Shown: piece after piece, positions 53,795 through 62,919 of the stretch
Numbering within the stretch: the first letter of the stretch is position 1
Layout of the letters: each line of letters begins with the position of its first letter
Source of the DNA: an uncultured Candidatus Saccharibacteria bacterium
GTDB lineage: Bacteria > Patescibacteriota > Saccharimonadia > Saccharimonadales > UBA10212
DNA: 64,000 nt
Assembly: GCA_964483315.1 (NCBI GenBank)
Contig: CAZAAL010000003.1
Coordinates: forward strand, 23,997 to 87,996
Direction: 5' to 3'
Notes under the pieces: generated by a model
The model's input: only the letters and a program-made list of their open reading frames with translations
Databases searched by the model: none
What the model was told of the DNA's origin: nothing
Made by a program: the position numbers and the translations under genes

Positions 53795-56425
53795 TTATCT
53801 TAGCTTCACTATCGTTTCGTCTGACAATGTGCTTTTGTCTTCCTCGATTGGCCGACTTACATTATGTTCGCTTTTTGTTTGGTTCGTAGAATTTTTATTT
53901 TTTTTACGTCGAGCACGGCGTCGTTTTGGTTTTGGGGGTTCATTATTTGGATTTTGTATAGTTTGAGGGCCGCTTTTAGCATCTACATTACCTAGCGCAA
54001 CCTTAATAACTGCCCCAGGTAAGGTTTTTAATGATTTACTAACTTTGTTGTTTGTTTTAGTTTCATTTGCTGGAGCTTTAGGCTGTTGTGGCTGTTTTTT
54101 TACGGTCGATTCCGGCAGGGTGGCTTTTTTAACAAGCTCTTCAACTACAAGCCTATCTTTAGCATATCTTTGTCTTGAGTTTTCGATAATTTGAGCAGTA
54201 AAATCAACGCCAACCTCGGGTATGTTTAGAGTTTTTGCGGAGAAAGCATGGGCTTTTTCACCAGCTATGGTCATACTGGTTACAAAACTTCGATTATGCA
54301 TCTGAATTAAATCGGCTGATTCAAATTGAGGTGCAAAATACTTTTCAAGTAGTGGCGAATCATCTGGGCTTATTCTAAAACATACAATTGTTCCTACGTT
54401 GCCAAAAACTGCATCACGTACTGGCTGGCTCATCTGTGATATATATTGATTAGCGACAGTTAAGTTAAGGGCATATTTTCGGGCTTCGCTTAAAATAACT
54501 GCAAACGAATCAGTCGCAAAGTTCTGGAACTCATCAACATAAAGGTAAAATGGCCGTCGGTCTTGTTCTGGTAGGTTGGCTCTGCTCATGGCCGAAAGTT
54601 GAATCTTGGTAACCATCATTGCGCCAAGAATTGCTGCATTGTCCTCGCCCATTAAACCACGACTAAGGTTTACAATTAAGATCTTACCTTCATCCATTAT
54701 GTTACGGATATTAAAACTACCCTTTGGTTGACCTATAATGTTTCTGATCATTGGGTTAGCAGTAAAGGCGCCTACTTTGTTTAGTACTGGTGCAACAGCT
54801 TCTGACGCGAACTTTTCGTTCCAGCTTGCAAACTCATTGACCCAAAAGTTTTTTACAACCGGATCGTCAATATAACTGATAACGTGTTCTCTGAACTTCT
54901 TTTCGGTGAGCATGCGGGTTATATCAAGCATTGTCGAATCAGGGTAGTCTAGCAATGCTAACAGCGTGTAGCGCAGAATATACTCTAGTCTTGGTCCCCA
55001 GCTATCAAACATCCTTTTTAGAACACCAACTAGCTCTGAGCTAATATGACCTTTAAGGGTGGGGTCGTTAATCTCAAGTGGGTTAAAGCCAATCGGATAA
55101 TTTGTATCCGCAGGGTTAAAATAAACAACATCATCAATTCGTCGTTCTGGTATAAAACTTAATATGTGTTGGGCATAATCACCATGAGGATCAATCACCG
55201 CAAAGCCCTGGTCATAAAAGATGTCAGATAGTGTTAAAAGCTCTAATGCCCCTGATTTTCCGGTGCCAGTTTGACCCAAAATGTAAATGTGCCTGCCACG
55301 ATCACGCCTAGGGATTCCAAACACAGAATTATCGCCTCTGAAGTTTGTTACCCCAAACAAACTAAGCTCTTTATCTGAATAATTTTGCTGAATAGGCAGA
55401 TTTGCTGGTGGTTCGGCCGTTTTAGTTGTCGCCCAAACAATATTTGGGGTCTCAACAGATGTATGTGGTAAATGAAAAAGGCTAGCTAACTCTTCAATGT
55501 TCAAAATAAATCCGCTGTCTATAAAGTGCCTAGTTTGATATTCAATTTGCTTGTCACGGTTAAAGCTACCCTCTTTGGCTATGAAGCCGTTTAAGTTTGT
55601 GCTGTTAAACTGCTTAAATGCACCAACCATTGCCTGGATCCTTAGACGAGCAATATGCTGATCGTGACCAGCATACAACATTCGAATTTTGACTTGATAA
55701 CCAAGCTTGTTACTCTTCTCTTCTATGGCTGAGATTCTTGATTTATCACGTTCAGATATCTCTGGTTTAGTGGAGCCACCCTCTCCAGCTTCTGGGGGCT
55801 TTACCAGCGCCATAAAAATCTGAGCTGTATATGACAGCGTAGCGCTCCCTACCCCGTCGCCAAAAACTCCCCCACCATTTTTAATTTTGTTTACCATTTT
55901 TGCACCACGCTTGTGCCAGTTATCATCAATAGGACGTGCCAGGATTTGGATCCACACCTCCTCATCCTCTTGATCTAGCTTTGCAAGTGTAGCTGTAATT
56001 GCCGCTAGAGGGTCGACTTCAAAGCTGGGAAATGTCTTTATAGGCAGTGTCTCATTATCGGTTAGCCCTAGCTCGGCTGAATAGACAACACTTTGGCCTA
56101 GACGACGGCTGGCATAATCTTGCTCTTGCTCATGAATTTGAACTGTTGGGTACTGTGCGTATATCTGTCCCTCGACAAACGCTTGGAGCTGTTTCGGCAC
56201 CCAGATGTAAAAACGAATTCTTTGACCGATTGCCGCAATTTCAAGGCTAAAATGCTCTTGCAGGTGCCCGCTTAGTTTAATTTCGCCTTTGGTTTTTAAG
56301 ATACCATGTAAGGCAGCAAGCATTTGTTCAGCGGCTAGCTCTTTTTTGTCATTGGTGCGAGGAATCTCAAGCATTAAAAGACAATGCTCAATGGTCTTCT
56401 TTGATTGTTTGTTTCCTCTTGCCAT
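53795..56425 (-). CDS. VirD4/TraD/TraG-like (type IV coupling protein-like) P-loop ATPase without an N-terminal TM anchor
   Basis: Walker A GQTGTGKSG and Walker B FYLYVDEFQNF, with a context typical of TraD/VirD4/HerA-FtsK ATPases. About 370 aa of unassigned N-terminal domain. Lys/Arg-rich C-terminal tail (PPKPKRRRARRKKNK). Confidence 0.7.
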   Translation of the reverse strand: MARGNKQSKKTIEHCLLMLEIPRTNDKKELAAEQMLAALHGILKTKGEIKLSGHLQEHFSLEIAAIGQRIRFYIWVPKQLQAFVEGQIYAQYPTVQIHEQEQDYASRRLGQSVVYSAELGLTDNETLPIKTFPSFEVDPLAAITATLAKLDQEDEEVWIQILARPIDDNWHKRGAKMVNKIKNGGGVFGDGVGSATLSYTAQIFMALVKPPEAGEGGSTKPEISERDKSRISAIEEKSNKLGYQVKIRMLYAGHDQHIARLRIQAMVGAFKQFNSTNLNGFIAKEGSFNRDKQIEYQTRHFIDSGFILNIEELASLFHLPHTSVETPNIVWATTKTAEPPANLPIQQNYSDKELSLFGVTNFRGDNSVFGIPRRDRGRHIYILGQTGTGKSGALELLTLSDIFYDQGFAVIDPHGDYAQHILSFIPERRIDDVVYFNPADTNYPIGFNPLEINDPTLKGHISSELVGVLKRMFDSWGPRLEYILRYTLLALLDYPDSTMLDITRMLTEKKFREHVISYIDDPVVKNFWVNEFASWNEKFASEAVAPVLNKVGAFTANPMIRNIIGQPKGSFNIRNIMDEGKILIVNLSRGLMGEDNAAILGAMMVTKIQLSAMSRANLPEQDRRPFYLYVDEFQNFATDSFAVILSEARKYALNLTVANQYISQMSQPVRDAVFGNVGTIVCFRISPDDSPLLEKYFAPQFESADLIQMHNRSFVTSMTIAGEKAHAFSAKTLNIPEVGVDFTAQIIENSRQRYAKDRLVVEELVKKATLPESTVKKQPQQPKAPANETKTNNKVSKSLKTLPGAVIKVALGNVDAKSGPQTIQNPNNEPPKPKRRRARRKKNKNSTNQTKSEHNVSRPIEEDKSTLSDETIVKLR

Positions 56426-56501
56426 TACAAAAAACCTTATAGCCTCCTAGCCATAACTATTATACTTCAAAAATGAGCTTTATAGGTATAAAACTAAGAG
56501 C

Positions 56502-57533
56502 TTAAGCTAAAGTATAAGTAGCTTTTGCAACTCGCTTAAATTCAGGTTTGCCCTGAAGGTTCAATAGGATGGTTGTCTCTTTAACTTGCCTGGTTTTTAG
56601 GACGCGTTTAACAATTTCATCACGGTGCAGTGGCCCACCTTCTTTTTTTAGAACCTCTGTAATAACATCGGATACTGTTCCTTTTTTGTATCCCCACTCT
56701 TTTAGAGCGTATATACCACGACCGATCAAAACAAAACGGCCATCTTTAATTAACTCATTGTGAATCGCCTGGGTAGTAACATCCTTACGCTTAAACTCGC
56801 TATCTTTAATAGTGTCGGCTATTTCGCTAAAGTGCATTGGTTTACCGTTTTCGTAAAGTACAACGTAGATTTTGTCACGGATATTTTTAGGGTTAACCAT
56901 TGGCCACTTTACTAGCCCCCATCGTCCATTTAGGGTAGCTAAACTCTTTGAGATGCTCGCCAAAGCTCTTACGTGAGTTGGGTCTTTGTGATCAGATTTT
57001 TCAGTAATGGTCTCAATAGGTGCAGGTTCACCAATCGATTTAATTGTGTCAATTATGTGATTAACGTTATCGCGGATTACTTTTTCGCTATGTTCAGCTG
57101 ATAGCCCAAGGCTATGGAAAAAATGGTCATTATCTTCGATAACAGCAATGTTTGGTGATAGTTTCCCCAAGAAAGCTACTCTAGATTGGTCAACCTTTGA
57201 GTTTTCTTCGGTAAGCTTATGCGACAAATCGCTAACCCGGGCTACTTTGCCCATTTCGCCTAGCTCTTTAACCATGCGGTTCTGAACGTCTTGAATATGT
57301 GGCAAATTATCAGCGCTGTTGCGCAAACGGGTTACGACGACCTTTTCAAGTTGACGAACACGCTCACGTGTTATGCCTAGCAATTCCCCGATTTGCTCAA
57401 GGGTCTCTTTTCTGTCGAATAAACCAAAGCGTCGGGCAACAATTTCTCGTTCCCTTTCACGCTCAATTGTCGCCAAAATGTCATTGACGATTGATTCAGT
57501 ATCTAGCTTGGGTTGTACGCTCACTTCATCCAT
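56502..57533 (-). CDS. Sigma-70 region-4-like HTH protein with two C-terminal HARE-HTH-like winged helices
   Basis: N-terminal EIVARRFGL...TLEQIGELLGITRERVRQLE (sigma r4 pattern). C-terminal modules MHFSEIADTI...GRGIYALKEW and PLHRDEIVKRVL...ATYTL resemble the RpoE-delta/HARE-HTH fold. Confidence 0.65.
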   Translation of the reverse strand: MDEVSVQPKLDTESIVNDILATIEREREREIVARRFGLFDRKETLEQIGELLGITRERVRQLEKVVVTRLRNSADNLPHIQDVQNRMVKELGEMGKVARVSDLSHKLTEENSKVDQSRVAFLGKLSPNIAVIEDNDHFFHSLGLSAEHSEKVIRDNVNHIIDTIKSIGEPAPIETITEKSDHKDPTHVRALASISKSLATLNGRWGLVKWPMVNPKNIRDKIYVVLYENGKPMHFSEIADTIKDSEFKRKDVTTQAIHNELIKDGRFVLIGRGIYALKEWGYKKGTVSDVITEVLKKEGGPLHRDEIVKRVLKTRQVKETTILLNLQGKPEFKRVAKATYTLA

Positions 57534-57588
57534 AAAATTATTTATAACGCTTTCTGTTTTGCTACAGAACAGCCTCCATTTAGTTATA

Positions 57589-57616
57589 ATTATAACACAA
57601 TCTGATGGTTAGTCAA
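57589..57616 (-). promoter_or_regulatory. Strong sigma-70-type promoter TTGACT-N16-TATAAT with an extended -10 (TGtTATAAT)
   Basis: Minus strand reads TTGACTaaccatcagattgTGtTATAAT. It lies about 55 nt upstream of the ATG at 57533. Confidence 0.55.
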
Positions 57617-57801
57617 ATACACTTTTGTATATTTTTTAACAGATTCAGATTACTAAACTTAGCTTTACCCTCTTAAATTAGAACGTAATAACTACTAAAA
57701 ATAATTATACCACTAAATAGACTATTTGGCACAATACGGTTATGTAAATATTACATAGAAATATAATCGCAATCTGGGCAAATTGTGGATAAACATGTAA
57801 A

Positions 57802-60090
57802 TTATTTTTTAGTAGACCGTTTTTTGGTTCGTTTTCGACTTACGCTATTTTTTAACAACTCACTGGCCGTTTTTTCATCTAACTGTTCTGGGTCGGTATC
57901 TTTTTTAATTCTGGCGTTTTTAGTACCATCGGTTATATAGGGGCCGAAAGGTCCCCTAATAATCTTAATTGCACCGAAGTCTTTAATCACCTTGTTAGCT
58001 GTTTCCTTTTGTTTATTGAGGATTAGCTCTTTTGCGGTTGCTTCATTAATTGTTAGTGGGTCGTGGCCATTGATATTAACAAAAAGCCTTCCAACTTGCA
58101 CATAGGGGCCATAGCGTCCAATATTGGCCATTATTGGTTCGCCCTCGCTTGTTTTACCTACTTCTCGTGGTAATTTGAACATCTCAAGCGCTTGTTCAAA
58201 GCTAACTGTCTCTATTGTCGTACCTTCTGGCAGGGGCGCAAATTTAGGTTTTTCTTCATCGGTAGCTTCGCCTAACTGCAACATGGGTCCGTAACGACCA
58301 TAGCGTGCAGTAATCGGTTTGGATGACTTTGGATCGATACCTAAATCCCTGGCCCGAGTAGTCTCTTTTCGGCTAATATCCGCAGACTTTTCAATTAACG
58401 GTTCAAAATCTTTATAAAAGGCTTGAATCATATCTTGCCACTTCAGCTTGCCTTCGGCGATATCATCTAACTCGGCCTCTGCTTTAGCTGTAAAGTCATA
58501 ATCAACAATTTCGCCAAAATGCTTAACTAAAAAGTCTGTTACTATTTCGGCAAGATGGGTTGGTAGCAATTTTGAGCGATCGGCCCCATACTTTTCTTCC
58601 GATTCTATAGTTTTGACCGATCCATCAACTAGTTCTAGTGTAACTGCTTTGCGTAAATCACCTTCAAAATCAACTTTTTCAATGTAGCCTCTATCCTGAA
58701 TTACGCTTATAGTAGGTGCATAGGTGCTTGGTCGGCCAATTCCTAGGTCCTCAAGCTTTTTGACTAGGCTTGCTTCCGAGTACCTTGCTGGTGCCTTAGA
58801 AAAAGTCTCACTAGCTTTTAATGATGAGTAGTTTAATTTTTGGCCAACTTTAGTTGCGGGCAGAATAACATCATCTTTGTTGCCACCATAAACCTTAAAG
58901 TAACCATCAAAAACCAATACTTCACCTTTGATTAAAAAGTTTTCGCTACGACCCGACACGGACACAGATATCTCAGTTTTTTCGATTTTAGCACTGGCCA
59001 TTTGGCTAGCCACCGTTCGTTGCCAGATAAGCGTGTACAGCTTTTGCTGTTGTGGGTCGTTGCCAGCTATGGTTTGATCGATGTTTGTTGGTCTTATTGC
59101 CTCATGAGCCTCTTGTGCCGAACTATTTTTAGTAGAGTATTGCCTAGCATTAACATAGTTTGGACCATATTTTGATGTGGTGTATTTTTTTGCCTGATCA
59201 ATAGCGATTTGCGAAAGAGCTGTACTGTCGGTGCGCATATAGGTTATATGACCGTTTTCGTATAACCGCTGAGCAAGTGTCATTGTTTGTCGGACGCTGT
59301 AACCTAAACGTCTGGCTGCCTCTTGTTGCAGGGTGCTAGTTGTGAACGGTGCACTGGGGCTTCTGGTAGCTGGTTTTTGTTGAATATCGGCGACTGAAAA
59401 ATTGGCATTTATACAATCTTCTAAAAACTTGTGAGCGTCTCCTTTGGAGTTAAATTTTTTATTTAATTCGGCCTTAACTTCAGAGCCGTCAATATCAAAT
59501 TCTGCCGTAACCTTATAAGTAGATACAGGTTCGAAATTTTGGATTTCGCGTTCTCGTTCAACGATCAACCTGACAGCTACACTCTGTACTCTCCCAGCAC
59601 TTAATCCTTTTTGGATTTTTTTCCATAAAACTGGACTTAGCTCATAACCAACCAATCTGTCTAAAACTCGTCTAGCTTGTTGTGCATCGACCAGCTGTAA
59701 GTCAATAGTCCGCGGGCTGTCCATAGCGCTGATTATTGCCGGCTTGGTGATTTCGTGAAACACAATTCGTTTAGTTGTTTTGGTATCAAGCTCCAAAGCT
59801 TGAGCTAGGTGCCAAGCGATAGCTTCGCCTTCGCGGTCTTCGTCGCTAGCTAGCCAGACTACCGAACCTTTAACTGCTTTTTTTAAATCAGATATAACCT
59901 TCTTCTTATCATCACTAATTTCATATGTTGGCTCAAAACCATTAGCCTTGTCTACGCCAAGACCTTTTTTTGGTAAATCCCTGATATGGCCAAAACTACT
60001 CATAACCGAATATCCCTCACCCAGATATTTCTCGATTGTTTTGGCTTTAGCGGGGCTTTCTACGATAACAATATTTTTGCTTGTTGACAT
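57802..60090 (-). CDS. topA: DNA topoisomerase I
   Basis: TOPRIM (IVESPAKAKTI, ASDEDREGEAIAW) and catalytic Tyr region (ITYMRTDS). C-terminal Cys-less Topo_C repeats (GRYGPMLQLG, GRYGPYVQVG, GPFGPYITDG). Confidence 0.93.
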   Translation of the reverse strand: MSTSKNIVIVESPAKAKTIEKYLGEGYSVMSSFGHIRDLPKKGLGVDKANGFEPTYEISDDKKKVISDLKKAVKGSVVWLASDEDREGEAIAWHLAQALELDTKTTKRIVFHEITKPAIISAMDSPRTIDLQLVDAQQARRVLDRLVGYELSPVLWKKIQKGLSAGRVQSVAVRLIVEREREIQNFEPVSTYKVTAEFDIDGSEVKAELNKKFNSKGDAHKFLEDCINANFSVADIQQKPATRSPSAPFTTSTLQQEAARRLGYSVRQTMTLAQRLYENGHITYMRTDSTALSQIAIDQAKKYTTSKYGPNYVNARQYSTKNSSAQEAHEAIRPTNIDQTIAGNDPQQQKLYTLIWQRTVASQMASAKIEKTEISVSVSGRSENFLIKGEVLVFDGYFKVYGGNKDDVILPATKVGQKLNYSSLKASETFSKAPARYSEASLVKKLEDLGIGRPSTYAPTISVIQDRGYIEKVDFEGDLRKAVTLELVDGSVKTIESEEKYGADRSKLLPTHLAEIVTDFLVKHFGEIVDYDFTAKAEAELDDIAEGKLKWQDMIQAFYKDFEPLIEKSADISRKETTRARDLGIDPKSSKPITARYGRYGPMLQLGEATDEEKPKFAPLPEGTTIETVSFEQALEMFKLPREVGKTSEGEPIMANIGRYGPYVQVGRLFVNINGHDPLTINEATAKELILNKQKETANKVIKDFGAIKIIRGPFGPYITDGTKNARIKKDTDPEQLDEKTASELLKNSVSRKRTKKRSTKK

Positions 60091-60122
60091 ATAATCTAAG
60101 TTTTTAGTTTAACGCCCAATTA

Positions 60123-60983
60123 CTAAAATGCAACCCATAGCCCATTGCCAAGTGGCTTTATTAGACCTTTTATTTCAAGCAAAGTCAGATTGTAAGCTAG
60201 CTCGTTTGCCTTAATGTTTAAAGTGCTAGCCATATCATATTCACTGTTTTTACCGTTAGCAATATTATTCATTATCTCAATTTGAATTTCCGATAAATCT
60301 GAAGTGTTTTTCTCTGTGGATTTCGAGTTTTCTTGTAGGCCAATAGCTTCAAGAATGTCCGTATATGAGCTAACAAGCCCTGCCCCATTTTTTAAAAGTT
60401 GGTTAGTGCCCTGGCTAGCATTACTATAGATACTACCAGGTACGGATAAGACCGGTATTCCTAAATCCAAGGCGAACTCCGCGGTATGCAAACTACCGCT
60501 ACCAATTGTTGCCTCTGTTATGACAACAGCATGTGATAAACCAGCAATAATACGATTACGCGCAACAAAGGCGTGCTTAAAGTTTAAAGTTTCTTGATCT
60601 GGTGGAAACTCACTTATTAAACTCCCCCCACTACTTAAGATCGATTCTGCAATACCATAATGGGACTTAGGATAAATTTTATTGATACTAGATGGTAAAA
60701 CTGCAACCGTGCAACCGTTAGAACTAACTGTTGTCTGGTGTGCTATACTATCGATCCCAAGAGCTAAGCCACTGATAATTACTACTCCACGCTTGGCTAG
60801 TTGGCTTGCCAGATCTTTTGTAACTGCTTGGCCATATGCTGTTGGCTTGCGTGTTCCGATAATTGCAACTCGCGGTTTACTTAGCCATTGACTTGGTTTA
60901 GCCCCTCGAACATAAATTTGTTTTGGCATAGGCCGAACATTAGTTAAGGTATCGGGATATTTATTTGGTTTAAGCGTTAGCAT
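60123..60983 (-). CDS. dprA: DNA-processing protein DprA (Smf)
   Basis: Rossmann-like DprA core (VAIIGTRKPTAYG, ISGLALGIDSIAH, VVITEATIGSGSLHTA) and a C-terminal winged-helix-like tail. Confidence 0.85.
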   Translation of the reverse strand: MLTLKPNKYPDTLTNVRPMPKQIYVRGAKPSQWLSKPRVAIIGTRKPTAYGQAVTKDLASQLAKRGVVIISGLALGIDSIAHQTTVSSNGCTVAVLPSSINKIYPKSHYGIAESILSSGGSLISEFPPDQETLNFKHAFVARNRIIAGLSHAVVITEATIGSGSLHTAEFALDLGIPVLSVPGSIYSNASQGTNQLLKNGAGLVSSYTDILEAIGLQENSKSTEKNTSDLSEIQIEIMNNIANGKNSEYDMASTLNIKANELAYNLTLLEIKGLIKPLGNGLWVAF

Positions 60984-61014
60984 ATTGACACAACAATAAA
61001 ATTATTAAATACTA

Positions 61015-61043
61015 TTGACATAAAACAACTTTTTTGCTAAAAT
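61015..61043 (+). promoter_or_regulatory. Consensus sigma-70-type promoter TTGACA-N17-TAAAAT
   Basis: -35 at 61015-61020 and -10 at 61038-61043. A second ATTGACA lies 30 bp upstream (60984-60990). Confidence 0.5.
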
Positions 61044-61049
61044 TGCAAC

Positions 61050-61470
61050 CTGTAAGTACTCGTTGTAGTTCTTACGCACCTTATACCCCCAATTTCTAAT
61101 CCGTTCTTACACTAGAACGAATTAGCATATTAGATTGTTTTAGAGTGAGTCACGCTTTCGTTGTTACCCTCCACGAAAATCCGTGCGCTTTGGCACTTGT
61201 GCCTTTGCCACTCTAAAACATACTAATCCCTTTAACTCTCCTCCAGGTTTTTCCCTGGAGTACCCAACTCAATGTGGGGCGGTATGTCTGCCTATGGTGG
61301 ATGTTCTCGCACTAAACTTTGGCTATTATCTAACAAGATAACAATCAGCGTTTAGTGCGAGACGGCTCTCATGCACTCGCTGAATGAGGCTATCGAGACG
61401 CTTTACCGAGGTGGGTTGAAGGGTGTAATGAGCTCCGGCGGTGCCCACCCCCTCCGGAGCTCTTTACATT
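61050..61470 (+). ncRNA. Candidate structured non-coding RNA or long 5' leader (family unassigned; strand uncertain)
   Basis: No ORF of 60 aa or more. Visibly GC-richer than the flanks. Nested helices at 61052-56/61071-75, 61083-90/61277-85, 61096-61107/61114-25, 61129-47/61209-27 (19 bp with a 2x2 internal loop), 61192-95/61200-03 (CUUG loop), 61241-47/61254-60, 61305-17/61350-62 (13 bp) and 61326-31/61336-41. Terminal hairpin 61430-38/61454-62 is followed by TTTACATTT. Confidence 0.4.
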
Positions 61471-61505
61471 TAATGGGAATTAATCTAAAGATTAAATAAA
61501 CAATT

Positions 61506-62261
61506 ATGGATCAATCAGACTTTAGACAATTTATCCACGACAGTGCTTTGATATATGAAAAACCGTCGCTAGATTATTACAACGAGCTAAAATGGTTGCC
61601 TTTTAAAGATAGGCTAAGAAGGCTCTGGCGCTATAAGCTGATAGGTGGGTTTTGCGTGTTCGAGATGGGAATGTCGGTAGACTCTGACGAGTACCTAGGC
61701 AATGGTGGCGAGCACGTTGTCTACTTTTCTCAAGACAAAGCCAAAAAAATCGTCTGGACTTCATTGTCAAAAGATCGTACACAGCTTGAAGGTCAGCTGA
61801 GCCATTTTAATCATCAGGAGCAGATTGGGCGAACATATATGGGTAAACATTGGATACCGACAAGCTATGAAGTCAAAAATGTATTATTCGGTAAAAGTGC
61901 GATTGTTAGCGAACAACCTAAGCTAGAACATGGTTGGACATTTGATAATACAGATTGGCTCTTGGATTTTGCTAAAGAGATTAACTCGCCAAAGTTAAAC
62001 CATGCTATAAGATCGTTTTCGGCGTCAGCTCGGCGACTTAATGCTAATACCGGGCTATATCCCGATATTTTAGGTCCGAACAACTTAACGATATTTTTTG
62101 AAGATCATGAAGGCTCGCCGCCTTTCGGGCTAGCTATACTTGATACGATTTTGGTTGATCAAGCAAAACAACAGGAACCATCCTTAGAAGATTGTAATAT
62201 CACAAGAGGAGAGCTTATCGACAGGAAACTACGTGAGCTTGAACTCTATGCTTCCGACTAG
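61506..62261 (+). CDS. Hypothetical protein with protein-kinase-like motifs
   Basis: LGNGGEHVVY (Gly-rich loop-like), AKKIV (Lys), YPDILGPNN (D-x4-N catalytic-loop-like) and ILDT (metal-binding Asp-like). No SD upstream. Confidence 0.45.
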   Translation: MDQSDFRQFIHDSALIYEKPSLDYYNELKWLPFKDRLRRLWRYKLIGGFCVFEMGMSVDSDEYLGNGGEHVVYFSQDKAKKIVWTSLSKDRTQLEGQLSHFNHQEQIGRTYMGKHWIPTSYEVKNVLFGKSAIVSEQPKLEHGWTFDNTDWLLDFAKEINSPKLNHAIRSFSASARRLNANTGLYPDILGPNNLTIFFEDHEGSPPFGLAILDTILVDQAKQQEPSLEDCNITRGELIDRKLRELELYASD

Positions 62262-62268
62262 CCAAATA

Positions 62269-62910
62269 TTACAAGACTGCTCGGGTGTCGTGAGGCAAAC
62301 TGCCACCGCTAAAAATAAATTCTGTAGTGATCGCTGAAGCTTCGCGCAAAATATCGCCGACAGCCTTAAGCTCATTTTTAGAAAACTCTTTTAAAACGTA
62401 GCTTTCTGGCTTGGCTTTTTTTGCAATATCTGAGCCGATACCAACCCTTAGGCGCCCAAAATCTTCACCAATATGTTCGATTAAAGATTTTACGCCGTTA
62501 TGCCCTGCAGACTCACCACCAACACGCATCCGAATTTGGCCAAACTCAATTGCTAGTTCGTCATATATCACCAAAGTTTGCTCATTATATAAGTCGTAAT
62601 ATTCTTGAACTGCTCGAACAGCCTGCCCGCTTAAGTTCATTTGTGTTAATGGTTTGATTAAAATTACCCGATTGCCAGATAGGTTATCAATTGTAACCTG
62701 GCATTTTAGATCCTTATTTTCCTTAAACCCGGGCATTTCATTACGTTCAGCAAAATCATCAACTGCCATAAAACCGATGTTATGACGGGTCTTTTGATAT
62801 TTTTTGCCAAAGTTACCAAGCCCCACGATTAAGAATGTTTTTTGCGAACCAATATTATACAGGGGCTGAGTTGTTGAATAGGTTTGACGTTGTCTTTGAA
62901 GTAATCCCAT
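62269..62910 (-). CDS. pth: Peptidyl-tRNA hydrolase
   Basis: FLIVGLGNFGKKYQKTRHNIGF N-terminus and GHNGVKS block typical of Pth. Confidence 0.9.
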   Translation of the reverse strand: MGLLQRQRQTYSTTQPLYNIGSQKTFLIVGLGNFGKKYQKTRHNIGFMAVDDFAERNEMPGFKENKDLKCQVTIDNLSGNRVILIKPLTQMNLSGQAVRAVQEYYDLYNEQTLVIYDELAIEFGQIRMRVGGESAGHNGVKSLIEHIGEDFGRLRVGIGSDIAKKAKPESYVLKEFSKNELKAVGDILREASAITTEFIFSGGSLPHDTRAVL

Positions 62911-62919
62911 TGGTCTTAA

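Noticed and set aside
61136-61219. GTTTTAGAGTG ... CACTCTAAAAC resembles the start of Cas9-type CRISPR repeats or a tracrRNA anti-repeat.
   Set aside because: There is only one inverted pair and no array of repeats with spacers. No cas gene is in the window. The two copies simply form the long helix of the candidate RNA. I treat the resemblance as coincidental.
61436-61452. The minus strand reads GGGTGGGCACCGCCGG, which is reminiscent of the T-box sequence GGGTGGTACCGCG.
   Set aside because: It differs by an extra nucleotide. On the minus strand it would lie at the 5' end of the element rather than next to the regulated gene. The minus-strand downstream genes (dprA, topA) are not aminoacyl-tRNA related. 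I could not identify a Stem I specifier-loop architecture.
61050-61470. Possible identity of the structured region as tmRNA, RNase P RNA, SRP RNA or 6S RNA.
   Set aside because: The region lacks the features of each family. For tmRNA there is no tRNA-like 3' end (GGTTCGAATCC...CCA-type T-arm) and no Ala-resume tag ORF ending in a typical LAA-like tag. For RNase P there is no GGAAAGTCC or ACAGAA-CCGGCTTA P4 strand. For SRP there is no GGAA/AGCAG domain IV motif. For 6S the shape is not a long rod. An Rfam scan is still needed.
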